Notes under the pieces: model-generated
What the model was told of the DNA's origin: nothing
The model's input: the letters and a program-made list of their open reading frames with translations, nothing else
Database searches by the model: none
Shown here: one piece after another, positions 49,601 through 57,109 of the stretch
Layout: each line of letters begins with the position of its first letter
Numbering within the stretch: position 1 is the stretch's first letter
Source of the DNA: a virus
Taxonomy: Duplodnaviria; Caudoviricetes
Reading direction: 5' to 3' (one strand)
IMG/VR virus record: IMGVR_UViG_2510065010_000001
Location: 96,001-160,000 of that record
DNA length: 64,000 nt
Program-made: the position numbers and the translations under genes

Positions 49601-52600
49601 CCCACTGATTTAGCTGAAGCTCGGTTCACACTGCTGCACGAAGCTTCTCATGCTTTAGATGACTTGGGTCAAAAACAGCGTTTAACTTTGGATGATTTAG
49701 ACCAGTTTATTTATTCACACGCCACAACTCGGTCAAATGTTCAAGAACTTAAGGACTTGCTAACTAGATCTAGTCAATCATCCACTGTCGCTTTGTATCA
49801 GAGGTTTTCCGGTGATGTAAACGCTAGCTTTTTGCAGCAGGTTTACAGTGATGAGTTATCTGCCAATGTTCGAGCGTTAGATGAATATATCAAGCGTTAT
49901 CCCGGTCAGGTAGATGACTTGCTAAAAGTCCTGCGTAGGACTAGTAATGCAGGCATCACAGACAAATATGAATCAATTCTAGAGTTAATAAAAGATCGAA
50001 CGAGTTTTGTTGATCCAGGTGTTCGATACAGACGTGCAGCTAGTAAAGCTTTTCGTGTAGAACGAGCAGTTTTAGGTGACGTACTAAATGCACCTAAAAG
50101 GTTTGTTAAAGGTTTCGTTTCTCATAAGTCTACTGCCCCACTTATTAATTTACGGTTTGCTGGACAAGCGCCAGATATGTCTGGGTGGAACTTAGCAGTC
50201 CAAACTTTTAACGCTGATTTTTCTGACCTTCCAAAACCTGTTGGAAAAATTCTTGGAGGGGTAGCAAAAGGAATTGGTTCTTACAGAATGCTTCGTTCCG
50301 GTTCAAGCATTCTTGCAGCTTCTCTGAGAAATGTAGCATTAACTACGCTTGGTTCACTTGAGAAAGTTATTAACCCTGCCTACGCTGCAACCTACAATCT
50401 AAACTCTAAAATGTCTGCTGGCGGGGTTAGTGCTATTGGATTGGTTGATTCTGTATTTATAGGAGTTGATTTATTTCAAGGTATTCAGTCCAACGCTGAC
50501 TATGCTGCTCTTAATAAAAAGCTAAGACAGAACCCGGCACAAGTGCAGGCATTTAAGCGAGAGATTATTAAGCTACGAAATAGTCAATTAGGAGGATTTC
50601 TGGGAGCAACACTAGGCGCTGCTGCTGGTTTGATTTCGAAAAATCCTCTCTATGGATTTATCCTGGGAGGAGCTGCCGGACTTGTTGCACCTTTGGTTGG
50701 ATTCTTTGGACTCTCAGCTTATTTAGGTCAACAGGATTTAGAGTATGCAGCTAACGGTCATGCTCTATATGACCCAATGCAGTCACCTTCAATTTACTTA
50801 CGAGTTAATAAACAATTGCTAGCAGAGAAGGAAGCAACCACAAGAGTGCTGCGTCCTTTAAGGTCTAGTATTAAAAAGTTTGTTTCTCAAACAATGCGGT
50901 TAGTTGGACGAGCTGTGTTTCAGGCAGCTAAGCTTGGCTATAATGCTTTGTCGCATCTGACTGCACTGGGGGTTGCGGCTACCACAACAACGGCTGCATT
51001 TTTAGGCTCTTCTCTGGCACTTGCAATTCCAGTCTTAGGAAAGGCTTACAACTTACTAGAGTTTGGCGCAAAAGGATTTGGACGATTTGCCTACTCTCTT
51101 GGAAAACCGTTATTTCCAGTGGTTGCATACCCTATTCGGCAACTGGGTAAACTCACTAGAAAAGGTATAGCTTTAAGCGCGACGGTTGTTAACAAAGTGA
51201 CAGAATTTACTACCAATCAGGTAGCTAAACTAGGCAGATTCAGTCAGCAAATTCTTTCAAATGTTTGGTCGTCTGGAGTGTATGTTGCAAGTCAAGCTTT
51301 GCGTATGGCTTCAAAAGCTGAGAGCTACTTAGGAGAAGCTGCCGCTAAGTTATATCAATATATTCCTCAATTTTCTTACTGGTCGGATGACCTGTTTCTT
51401 CCAGCCTTAAAATTTGCAGGTAGTACTGCACTGAAAACTGCACAACTCTCGATGGCTGCTGGTCGGGCTGTATTAAGTTCTTCATTTAGCCTGGTTAAAT
51501 CAACAGTCAAAGCTTTTACACAGACTGTTAGGTTTGCTTCCGAGAATTCTTACAAGCTAGCCAAACCTATTATTAATGCATCAATCCAAGGATTACAGCT
51601 AGGAGTATCAGCAGCTTTCGAAATTGCTCGTCCGATAGCTAGCTTAACTAATAATCTTTTACGCTCTTCTTTTTACTTAGGTTCTAGTGTTCTTAAAGCT
51701 GGCGTTCATACTGTCTCGCTTCTTGCTCGAACAGGTTTTAACGTTTTAAGTAAAGTAACACAAGCACTGGCACAGTCAGCTGGATCTGAACTGCTACGAA
51801 TCGGGGGTGGTATCTATTCAGAGTTAGCTACGTTCGCAAAGTATATACCTGGTTATCTAAAAACAAAAGGTAGTTTGCTTCGTCAGCTTGGGCGGTCTGC
51901 GTCATCTCTAGTTAAAGCTACAGTCAATATAGGTTCAGCTATAGCTCTATCTGCGGGTAAAGCTTTAGTAAGAGGCTCTAGGTTTGCAGCATCGGTAATA
52001 GGTTCTTCTGCACAAGCACTATGGCAAACCACGCAACGACTTACAGGTTTAAGGTCAGTTTTTCCATTTTTAACAAATTTGGCAATAGGTGCAACAAACC
52101 TGCTCTACAAGACGTTAGGAAAACCAGCGATCGCTGCGACATCCCTTGCCTTAAAACTAGGTGGTAGAGTAATTACCACTTCAGCAAAAGCTGCATTCCA
52201 CTTATTAAAAACTACTCATTTGCCGAAAGGGTTTGTCTCCAAGACTATTTCTGCACTTAGAGATATTGGAGAGTATGCTTCTATAACCACGATGAGTGCC
52301 GCTCGGTCTTTTATTAAAACTACAGGTGCCTATCTTCGGGAATCATCTAAACTTTTAAGCAATCTGGGTACTCTTACAGGACAGACAGCTAAATTCTTAT
52401 TTGACTCTTCTGTAGCAACAACCAAAGCTGTAGCAACGTTTGGAAAGCACATAATTAACGGTACGGGTCAAGTAACGTCTTACGCTCTTAGATCAACACT
52501 TGCCGCCGCCCGGTTTGCTAAGTCAACTGTTAAAAGTGCCGGAAAGTTATTAGCGTTTGCAGGTAGTGTTACTAACCAACTGGTTGACCGAGGTATAAGA

Positions 52601-55600
52601 CAACTTGTTAGATACACACCAGGTCTTGCCAAAACCATATTAGCTCACGGATATAAAGAGACTTTCTTAAACGTTCTCAGCCCTGCTCTTGATCTTGCCA
52701 CAGTTGGTGGAGGAGTCTTTAAGGCAGGACAACTTAATGCTTACAGCTCTCTTTCAGAAGTAGAAGAAGCTTACATCCAAGCAGGTGCAGGGCGTGGCAG
52801 TTTAGTAGGCTCTGTTTTTGGACTCTTTGCAATGGGTCCGTTAGGCGATGTGGCTGGGTCTTTGTTAGGACAGTTTATTGGGTCTGAGGCTGCTAAAGAA
52901 CGTGCTCGACTTCGTTACGAAGCTAGAGATTACGGTATCGTCCCTATTCTGGAAGATTTCGTCGAACCTTTAACGAGAGATACCGTGCTGGCTGGATATG
53001 TAGGGAAACAAGTAGGTAAGATGGGCAGTGCTGCTGTGCAGTCTTACCTACAAAATTCCTTAGCAAAGATAGCCAGTGGAAAAGCTAATAAGCTCGATCG
53101 CATGGTTACAGCAGCGTCAGCTGCTTACCGACAAGGATTCCGCTCCCAAGTAGCACAAGCAACTGGTCGATTTAGTAGAGTGCTGGGTCATGCGCCAGGT
53201 GCAGCCTCTATTGGAAAACTAGTTGGTGGAACGTCTAAAGTTGTCACAAAAACTGCTGGAAAGATTCTTCAAATTCTCGGACCTGCAATAGACGTTACTC
53301 GGATAGGAGCTGGATATGTGCAATCTCAATCGGCACGAACTGAGGCTGAGTACCAAGTTTCTGTTCGAAGAACATCTGGTGGATTAGGTTCTATCGCAGG
53401 AGGTTTAATAGGGGGTGCTTTAGGAGGACCGATCGGTGCAGTCGCAGGTAGTCTCTTAGGTGATTTCGTTCTTGATAAAGTTGGTGAGAATCTGGCACAA
53501 GAAGCATACATGCGTAATGTGAGCGCTGGAACAATCACTACAGGGCAAATTGCAGGGGGTGTAATTGGTGCTGGAGTAGGGTTATTAGCTGGGGGGTTAT
53601 TAGTCGGTGCTGGATTAGTGGCAGCAGTGGCGACAGCTCCTATTCTTTTAGCAGCAGCAGGTATTGGTCTTTTGGTAGGTGCTGTAGCAGGCGGATACGC
53701 TATGCTCACTGGTAAGAAAAAAGACGAATCAAAAACTCGCCTGGTTCAAGTAGCTCAACGTCGCCGCGCAAGATGGAATACACCTGATGCTCTAAATCAA
53801 CCCATTAAAAAGCAAAGCATTATTAAACAAACTGATAATGAAATACTCGATGTAACCAAACGTTCTAAAGAGCGCTTAGCAATTGCACAGTCTTATTTGA
53901 GTCCTACTCAGCAACCTGAGTCAGCTACTAACGTAATGACTCAAGCTAAAACATCTAACCAGACACAGAGAGACCAGCAACGTCAATGGTGGTCTGGTGT
54001 TTATGAAGGAGTTGTTGCAGTCGGACGAAAAAGTATGGAGTTGGTTGAAGGAGTGCGATCGTACATCAAACGTACCTACTCTGATTTTCAAACGATTCTC
54101 TCTAAAGTGTCAGAGTTTAAGGCTTCACTGTTTAATAAATCCCAAAAAACGTCTGCTAAAGAATCTTTACCAACTACACAAGTTGAAGTAAGCGACCCTA
54201 CTGATACGTCTACGGTTACTGGTACACCAGTAACGGTTAAGGGAGGTGTGAAACTTAACGAGGCAGATGCTTACCGACTTGCAGCACTTGCAATCATGGA
54301 AGCTCCAACTCGGATGGGTCGTTTGGATGTTGCCCAAGCGGTTTTCAATAGAATAAACGCACCTAAAGTAGGAGCCGCTTCTTATGGTTCTAGTGTTACA
54401 GCAGTAGTGTTTGCGTCTGGACAGTTCGAACCGTATTTTGGTGTAAGTGCTTCTGAAATTAAGAATAGGTCTGATGCCGTCTCTATTCTTAAAAGAAAAC
54501 GAGGGATGAGCAGTGCCCAAGCGAACCAGTTATTAAACCAGTTTTTTGCAGATGTGGCTGACCCCGCAAAGATGGCTCAAGCCAGAAAACATGTTGGAGG
54601 ACGTACCGACTTTAAAGGTACAACCATGTATAGCAACATGGTTAAAGGTGAGGACAAGCTACGAACTTATGGAGAGAATTTCTTCCACATTGGTTCGGGT
54701 CAAAGCTATAAACAGCTTGCAAAATTGGAACAGCTCGGACCTTCTGTAATTGTTAAAGAAGGACAAGAGTTGCCTAAATCGGTTGCAGGTTCCTCTCCTC
54801 CACAAAATTTATCAGGAAGATTATCTGGCAAGGTAGTTCCGTTTAAGGGCATCATCGTTACTTCTGCAGTAGATGCTTCAGGTGAACCAGGTCTTGACTA
54901 TGTTGTTGAGTCAGGTAAGCGTGGTGCTCAGTTTGGTTCCCTAACTTCTGGACAAGTTATTGAAGTAGTAGCTAATCAAAACTGGGAGTCACATTTAGAG
55001 CGAGGAGATACCCGTAGAGGTTATGGTAATCGGGTAATTGTTCGTAGTAAAGATTCAAAAACTGGAGAATTCGTAGACATCCTTTACGCCCACTTAGACC
55101 GTGTGAACGTGAAGAAAGGTCAGAGTGTTGTGGTAGGTAGCGTTCTAGGTACTCAAGGTAGAACTGGTTCGACAACAGGTGCTCACGTTTCAGTTGACTT
55201 TTATGCAAAAGATGCAAATCACGCTTCAAGAGCATCCATAGCGATGCGCGACCGTTTAGCGCGTGAATTATCTAGAGGTGCCCCAAATCTTAATAAACAA
55301 GTGAAACAAACACAGCAAGCAGCCGCAACTCAGGCACCTGCTACTGTACCTACAACGGCTTCTACTATTTCTAAGTCTGCACCTACTGTTTCAACTGAAC
55401 AAAATGGTCAAATTGTAACAACCTCAAAGCTGAATACTACAAGACAATCAGCTACTACAAAGTCCGTTGATAAGATTGCATCTAGTACGCCAATTCGTAT
55501 TCCCTCTGGTTTGAATGCTAGAGGAAAAAAAATGGCGCAATACTTAGCAAATCCAAATGTTCGAGCGGTTTTAGACACGATCGCTTATGCAGAAGGGTTG

Positions 55601-56515
55601 TGGGGTAAACCCGGTGGTGGCTATGACTTAGGCTTTAACTACCGCAAGATTTCTAATATGTCGAAGCATCCGTTTCACGGAAACGAGAGAACACCAGGGG
55701 GTGGTAGCTCTGCCAGTGGACGTTATCAAGCTATGGGACACACATGGGCAGAAGCAGCAAGGAATTATGGACTGAAAGATTTTAGTCCTGCATCACAAGA
55801 TGTTTTTGCTGTCGCAAAACTAGCAGACCGAGGTATTTTAGAGCGTATTGCAGCTGGTAAGATTAACGATCCATTTGTGCGCCGTCAGTTAGGTTACGAA
55901 TGGGCATCGTTTGAAGGTAATCCGTATGGACAAGGAACCTCAATGGGTAGTTGGAGTAAAGCGATTCCTTTCTTTCACAAACGAGTAAAAGCTTACCGTA
56001 ACCCTATTGGTCCAGAGGAGATGGAAAAGGTAGCAGAATCGTTTACACCTCCGTCTGAAAGAGTTACACCTACTGAACAATCTGTCCCAGCTTCAGCACC
56101 AACTGAAACTATAAAACCTGCTCATGTTGTTTCACCTTCAAACCAAAAGCGACGTAGGAAGAACCTACATTCATCTGTGCACACGCCTGCTGCAGATGTG
56201 AATAAACTGAATCAAGCGGCAGTTGTTCAGCCTATGAATCTTGGCGTTGTTGAAAAGATGCTGGCAGTTGTTAACAACGTATCGGAGCAGGCAAAAAAAT
56301 CAATCAAGCCCCCAAGCAATAAACAAATTCAGGTTGCTACTGCACAGTTACCTCAATCAGTAGCCTCACTCGATACAACATGTAATTCTCAAAAGCATGA
56401 TTGCCTGCAAGCAGTTGTTGCAGGCAATCATATAGACTTAAGCTCTTTAACAGGATACCTAAAAGATTGGGTATCTGTTACGGGGATGACATCACCTTTA
56501 GAGTTTGCAAGTTAA
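40661..56515 (+). CDS. Giant (5284 aa) multidomain tape-measure/ejection protein: two PLD-like motifs, zincin motif, membrane modules, SleB-like hydrolase, M23-like domain, lambda-type lysozyme
   Basis: LHAK..STANL (H at 40937); IHTK..GSHNF (41468); LLHEASH (49637); MEA..VAQAVFNR..GQFEP (54299); GYGN..YAHL..QGRTG.TTGAH (about 54880-55200); LDTIAYAEG..SASGRYQ..TW..DFSPASQD (55592); many GxxxG hydrophobic helices. Confidence 0.8.
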   Translation: MLGFSPISELIPASSVPTRTEDFLRSAESGTLTATIYSTPHDQSLLENAGRVVINRGKQSGSTDKLDRFIESSYLKGYDVRTFSSPSAEQRLHAKTYTAILNQVATAHVSTANLSETALQQTPGSRQERIRQYSGKVFQENLAFQTTDRSLVAQISHFQSAVSQNRVPSSTQNVAVGGTASQATAHRISRAKRGDRVILSGPYLDDPLVVASLLTAKAQGAEVTVLSANPNTRFETATSGTGEHREAVNQLSAAGVKVLTPTEDDPLLIHTKALAIVGESEALFALGSHNFTNAAKSNRSVDLLLMLNDPRLAKELYHNLSNTQGVQQQKREAVEVPSLLELKMTLQGRGGLYRVSSLGERGPNLSMPFYPTRMDGAFFKFFNDKNTPFPNLNIYSNLYVSRTGRTETPDVIKQLDREISDPGLGYSFNKLVGQPIYESGFGIIGSGLKSVGKLIDWALGFEAHKEREDERDNKSIGGIRKYFSSAYQSSYGKESQGPFESIFSNFYQLGAGAAATLSFYVGVDLPLKYFKAMLETDYAEMLLQLPGDSPKNWMAKGVLQVAPMLRTTMFGPAIGGALNEVIQDTTTTPQNFTTRLYDRLYKPGNVLKDPTRVAVTQEGKLTSIQLGDEGLYAASQMLRRFDQVRFEQLTAPILEAINPYTVDSIHYQTYKQSLTQLTETVGKPTEILFQQRAEDPNVYRPVFKNLGVERVREIAKRYDDLASLLPANLTYWVPPLRRLLNLDEFDPMQHMTVRDVISFEDAVLWTDRFYKHTVAVLQNPAQNVRQILKAWSGEVELLRTERKLIKELSKEFAPTQFSFQAQHADDVAANLSALHRYGENVLDRTNQQVQTILNDQRVVKYSKQLEAQRKLLEQSPFRLLNENVVVSESKYKPFESDARHKVSNMRRILARVGIALLADRIADQFIFQPLGANLLTQIKAHQELSTQEGQVARFQFTGDLSKEFVIASQLGAGAAVGFLLPDALDKGNRPQSISTVLDPLREFQKSLKLTERSIYKSASEEILESADIQVSRQALASTNKRYKTLQAEIQGLKYRRVGLRFNTSAAIAAGLVAGFGLKTLSMGAAYVLNLINNNTSGISPSGMDAYFSSTFERLTQEGIAKAVTREDYVNLAIGHTLAQSFLNSGKQKQKVYTVATQLTSPFIQVPFLLKADSVTGKASLSVGLQLMPLLGSGVTPALPFSIRLNKDELDSFDIGAQVPGLFSSFQIASVMARGMLSALTFGNSLIYEKESVYEKGMEFVGLSTALLLGANKLSQADIRSKLANRIGSNHSLLKQLDDVDKHTRALRQISRGALEFSNKTLRFIYSLPVAFASSTLQAVAPIINPQLANFKVPKGLRKAAPYYLSLVMANLMADPDGGYVGESFKDPLTKVGGVLGAGLLTGAVLDRMGVFADTESLAAQFQASTRNLSAKEYRQLVQDWLPKAKAGTSAADYIDELVENLRTAPASSITSKRAVSRQLLSTISAPSLWEQAHRISELKFLHEVSDGSLKTPNKIDLPYKNLKSIGGRIAAAAMGLFALRGTAYALASMMPEGLLSNLYNTPVLGATLRLLSGVEPEPKSRQGVLAGERPRGAYGVLNKLAKTLSFGLFELPKASGLYSDTTDPFLNLIGPLGATFKSHKTNYYIQYASSFSDISATAYDFVRGGLSTDLLARTYGLMHLGQAKSLSEALAQIRGAAPRQKLATYETITPYEMDAVQSAGISRALGLRQFRLQHASNQRASELLLDFLKEGYAFGELGHDIMPGYQMQYRGYKPFDFLAHSDFIYQKSTIEGGEPRQQDPYEAFLNWFQKSQWKSRKLAESYNPFDLTNGLGSFSNAAWLTAPLGVLLTFGAISAGTEITAKLSAYVAQTEISKLTEASKLSQGKQLTAPYRYVFTSGNLPGSGKSTIFQIDKLNRYSNVHRLPIDVSEIIDGSPFELVSGINKSYQNLHNRVGKYFTGSYLTQVKNLLTQVEGATDTQKAQLTRTFKSTVQNEVTKIVRQQMQRVVLKGTDLNLYRAFYGGSSRNAPSNIRAYVDETKLLLGQALDEVLDEVNKLGDLTAESRYLQILKLNARFEQSEGLQRFLGRLSEPIRGSYDLDTDRRSWMKWVDQQLSGEDAKSSVPQGKVQRSLGNFAFNQPAFTRPWTEGFLTTTIKGLKGASMLTGAWVATGRSLYEIFESGAILLGGSSQPISTRLAAGEQMTSGALYWGISAGIAGVAAMIGLGPLGAIALGIGSLIGLDHLKATSTPLRQLEQGLVKSVGRFLAQPVESAAKLADSFGLGSFVRTAGNAIATPISFIASTVSAPFRFLLENFAAPFLQEQNLSLFSDSLPVQVVKTLLLPRSVYTQFDSYEPRSSTLAGREPFVGGNIALHLKRQQTANIQNAISANTFIDETTVYPLAIGRLSSSGDRLTEQKYFDSSAGGRVLQAFGPGNYRISNSLRLALQRRQAMYHAMVTVAAIARPPEPANLSSYSFLHAASSTLLKLQLEDLSQPITIKLSQQLSDSFITLKGLYSKVSEALWKPANWLLTVANRVKSRLSYLVEPITKFKLDFSFLKINKPDFRFNVPKVGVPNALKSIRLPSVDFSRLTDKIFDSLDWALDKISDFNLGSKVPSYDIGNFFPNGSLPSFSRVTTKLSSTFSLVSEKLDPVINRLKVAFSNISAANLPNFTTPDVNVSGIADPLEKVVKTATRNVQKAIPRIGFALSDALASVPKGLSPGLFFGGLDFLSAFLADARLKSLDEADPFKEFQRAYQEAGASFVGFTVGGFVASLTRNPLLSFGASILGGILGLNIGDSLARSAYKNQEENPVLTYIQQSLTTASAVTLIQLPNLIKSRSVARTALLNIGLSFATGGLGPVTQLSAVHSFSNFIKSFQEQPGKLSTWIARTKELIQDTAEAFKFWSSGEVSGQYVKATRSLSRNILLGLGTEADIPLTSVRTRSSGSRFSIEGSYQSKYRSIQLSKATARVLGREAVGRRVRPTDLAEARFTLLHEASHALDDLGQKQRLTLDDLDQFIYSHATTRSNVQELKDLLTRSSQSSTVALYQRFSGDVNASFLQQVYSDELSANVRALDEYIKRYPGQVDDLLKVLRRTSNAGITDKYESILELIKDRTSFVDPGVRYRRAASKAFRVERAVLGDVLNAPKRFVKGFVSHKSTAPLINLRFAGQAPDMSGWNLAVQTFNADFSDLPKPVGKILGGVAKGIGSYRMLRSGSSILAASLRNVALTTLGSLEKVINPAYAATYNLNSKMSAGGVSAIGLVDSVFIGVDLFQGIQSNADYAALNKKLRQNPAQVQAFKREIIKLRNSQLGGFLGATLGAAAGLISKNPLYGFILGGAAGLVAPLVGFFGLSAYLGQQDLEYAANGHALYDPMQSPSIYLRVNKQLLAEKEATTRVLRPLRSSIKKFVSQTMRLVGRAVFQAAKLGYNALSHLTALGVAATTTTAAFLGSSLALAIPVLGKAYNLLEFGAKGFGRFAYSLGKPLFPVVAYPIRQLGKLTRKGIALSATVVNKVTEFTTNQVAKLGRFSQQILSNVWSSGVYVASQALRMASKAESYLGEAAAKLYQYIPQFSYWSDDLFLPALKFAGSTALKTAQLSMAAGRAVLSSSFSLVKSTVKAFTQTVRFASENSYKLAKPIINASIQGLQLGVSAAFEIARPIASLTNNLLRSSFYLGSSVLKAGVHTVSLLARTGFNVLSKVTQALAQSAGSELLRIGGGIYSELATFAKYIPGYLKTKGSLLRQLGRSASSLVKATVNIGSAIALSAGKALVRGSRFAASVIGSSAQALWQTTQRLTGLRSVFPFLTNLAIGATNLLYKTLGKPAIAATSLALKLGGRVITTSAKAAFHLLKTTHLPKGFVSKTISALRDIGEYASITTMSAARSFIKTTGAYLRESSKLLSNLGTLTGQTAKFLFDSSVATTKAVATFGKHIINGTGQVTSYALRSTLAAARFAKSTVKSAGKLLAFAGSVTNQLVDRGIRQLVRYTPGLAKTILAHGYKETFLNVLSPALDLATVGGGVFKAGQLNAYSSLSEVEEAYIQAGAGRGSLVGSVFGLFAMGPLGDVAGSLLGQFIGSEAAKERARLRYEARDYGIVPILEDFVEPLTRDTVLAGYVGKQVGKMGSAAVQSYLQNSLAKIASGKANKLDRMVTAASAAYRQGFRSQVAQATGRFSRVLGHAPGAASIGKLVGGTSKVVTKTAGKILQILGPAIDVTRIGAGYVQSQSARTEAEYQVSVRRTSGGLGSIAGGLIGGALGGPIGAVAGSLLGDFVLDKVGENLAQEAYMRNVSAGTITTGQIAGGVIGAGVGLLAGGLLVGAGLVAAVATAPILLAAAGIGLLVGAVAGGYAMLTGKKKDESKTRLVQVAQRRRARWNTPDALNQPIKKQSIIKQTDNEILDVTKRSKERLAIAQSYLSPTQQPESATNVMTQAKTSNQTQRDQQRQWWSGVYEGVVAVGRKSMELVEGVRSYIKRTYSDFQTILSKVSEFKASLFNKSQKTSAKESLPTTQVEVSDPTDTSTVTGTPVTVKGGVKLNEADAYRLAALAIMEAPTRMGRLDVAQAVFNRINAPKVGAASYGSSVTAVVFASGQFEPYFGVSASEIKNRSDAVSILKRKRGMSSAQANQLLNQFFADVADPAKMAQARKHVGGRTDFKGTTMYSNMVKGEDKLRTYGENFFHIGSGQSYKQLAKLEQLGPSVIVKEGQELPKSVAGSSPPQNLSGRLSGKVVPFKGIIVTSAVDASGEPGLDYVVESGKRGAQFGSLTSGQVIEVVANQNWESHLERGDTRRGYGNRVIVRSKDSKTGEFVDILYAHLDRVNVKKGQSVVVGSVLGTQGRTGSTTGAHVSVDFYAKDANHASRASIAMRDRLARELSRGAPNLNKQVKQTQQAAATQAPATVPTTASTISKSAPTVSTEQNGQIVTTSKLNTTRQSATTKSVDKIASSTPIRIPSGLNARGKKMAQYLANPNVRAVLDTIAYAEGLWGKPGGGYDLGFNYRKISNMSKHPFHGNERTPGGGSSASGRYQAMGHTWAEAARNYGLKDFSPASQDVFAVAKLADRGILERIAAGKINDPFVRRQLGYEWASFEGNPYGQGTSMGSWSKAIPFFHKRVKAYRNPIGPEEMEKVAESFTPPSERVTPTEQSVPASAPTETIKPAHVVSPSNQKRRRKNLHSSVHTPAADVNKLNQAAVVQPMNLGVVEKMLAVVNNVSEQAKKSIKPPSNKQIQVATAQLPQSVASLDTTCNSQKHDCLQAVVAGNHIDLSSLTGYLKDWVSVTGMTSPLEFAS

Positions 56516-56531
56516 CTAACTTGTTCTACTT

Positions 56532-56660
56532 CTACATGCACTTTTCTTCCGTACCCACCCGCTTCAATTTTAATTGTAACGGCTTGGTTGTGCGGTCTGC
56601 CTTCTGCAGATACCGTGGGCTTACATACGCTTGGATGTATTGATTGTTGTTACCAGTCAT
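56532..56660 (-). CDS. Possible 42-aa small protein (MTGNNNQYIQAYVSPRYLQKADRTTKPLQLKLKRVGTEEKCM)
   Basis: ATG-to-TAG ORF below the track cut-off that fills most of the gap after the giant gene; no clear RBS. Confidence 0.25.
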   Translation of the reverse strand: MTGNNNQYIQAYVSPRYLQKADRTTKPLQLKLKRVGTEEKCM

Positions 56661-56664
56661 TTTT

Positions 56665-56699
56665 TTGAACACATACTCAACGGATAAGTGCACTACGCT
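56665..56699 (+). promoter_or_regulatory. Putative late promoter (TTGAACAC...TACGCT)
   Basis: Perfect left half-site and -10-like hexamer at the 29-nt offset; precedes the fibre operon. Confidence 0.6.
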
Positions 56700-56737
56700 G
56701 AGTGCGTTATAAAAGTTCGTTTTATTCTTGCTCCATT

Positions 56738-57106
56738 ATGGCAACTGACCACCTATCACTTTTTCTCTCAACTTCAGCGGAAGGTGTACCTGTTCTTGTT
56801 ACATCAACAACCCACCCGGCGCAACTTGTGCATGTAGCACACGCAACTGCTCACGACTACATTACTCTTTGGGTTAATAACTTTCACACTGATGACGTAG
56901 AAGTAAACACTTACGTCACAGCCAACGGAGTTGCTTCAGATAGTACGTCACCTGTTGCATCCACCATCATTATTCCACCTAAATCAGGAAAAGCCATTCT
57001 GGAACCAGGAGTACCTTTAACGGGTAGTCGAAATTTGAAAATAAGGGCGTCAGTCACAAATGTCGTGACTTTTCAAGGGTATGTCTATCGTCGCATCCAG
57101 ACTTAA
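56738..57106 (+). CDS. Small beta-sandwich virion protein (fibre adaptor-like)
   Basis: ITLWVNN..IIIPPKSG..L..S.NLKIRAS..VTFQGY pattern; ATG 56738 is preferred over GTG 56702. Confidence 0.6.
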   Translation: MATDHLSLFLSTSAEGVPVLVTSTTHPAQLVHVAHATAHDYITLWVNNFHTDDVEVNTYVTANGVASDSTSPVASTIIIPPKSGKAILEPGVPLTGSRNLKIRASVTNVVTFQGYVYRRIQT

Positions 57107-57109
57107 ACC

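Larger units (their letters stand above)
106..52134. repeat. Dispersed HIP1 octamers GCGATCGC
   Basis: Exact copies at 106, 7011, 18613, 23088, 38183, 41241, 47531 and 52127 (manual scan). Confidence 0.75.
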
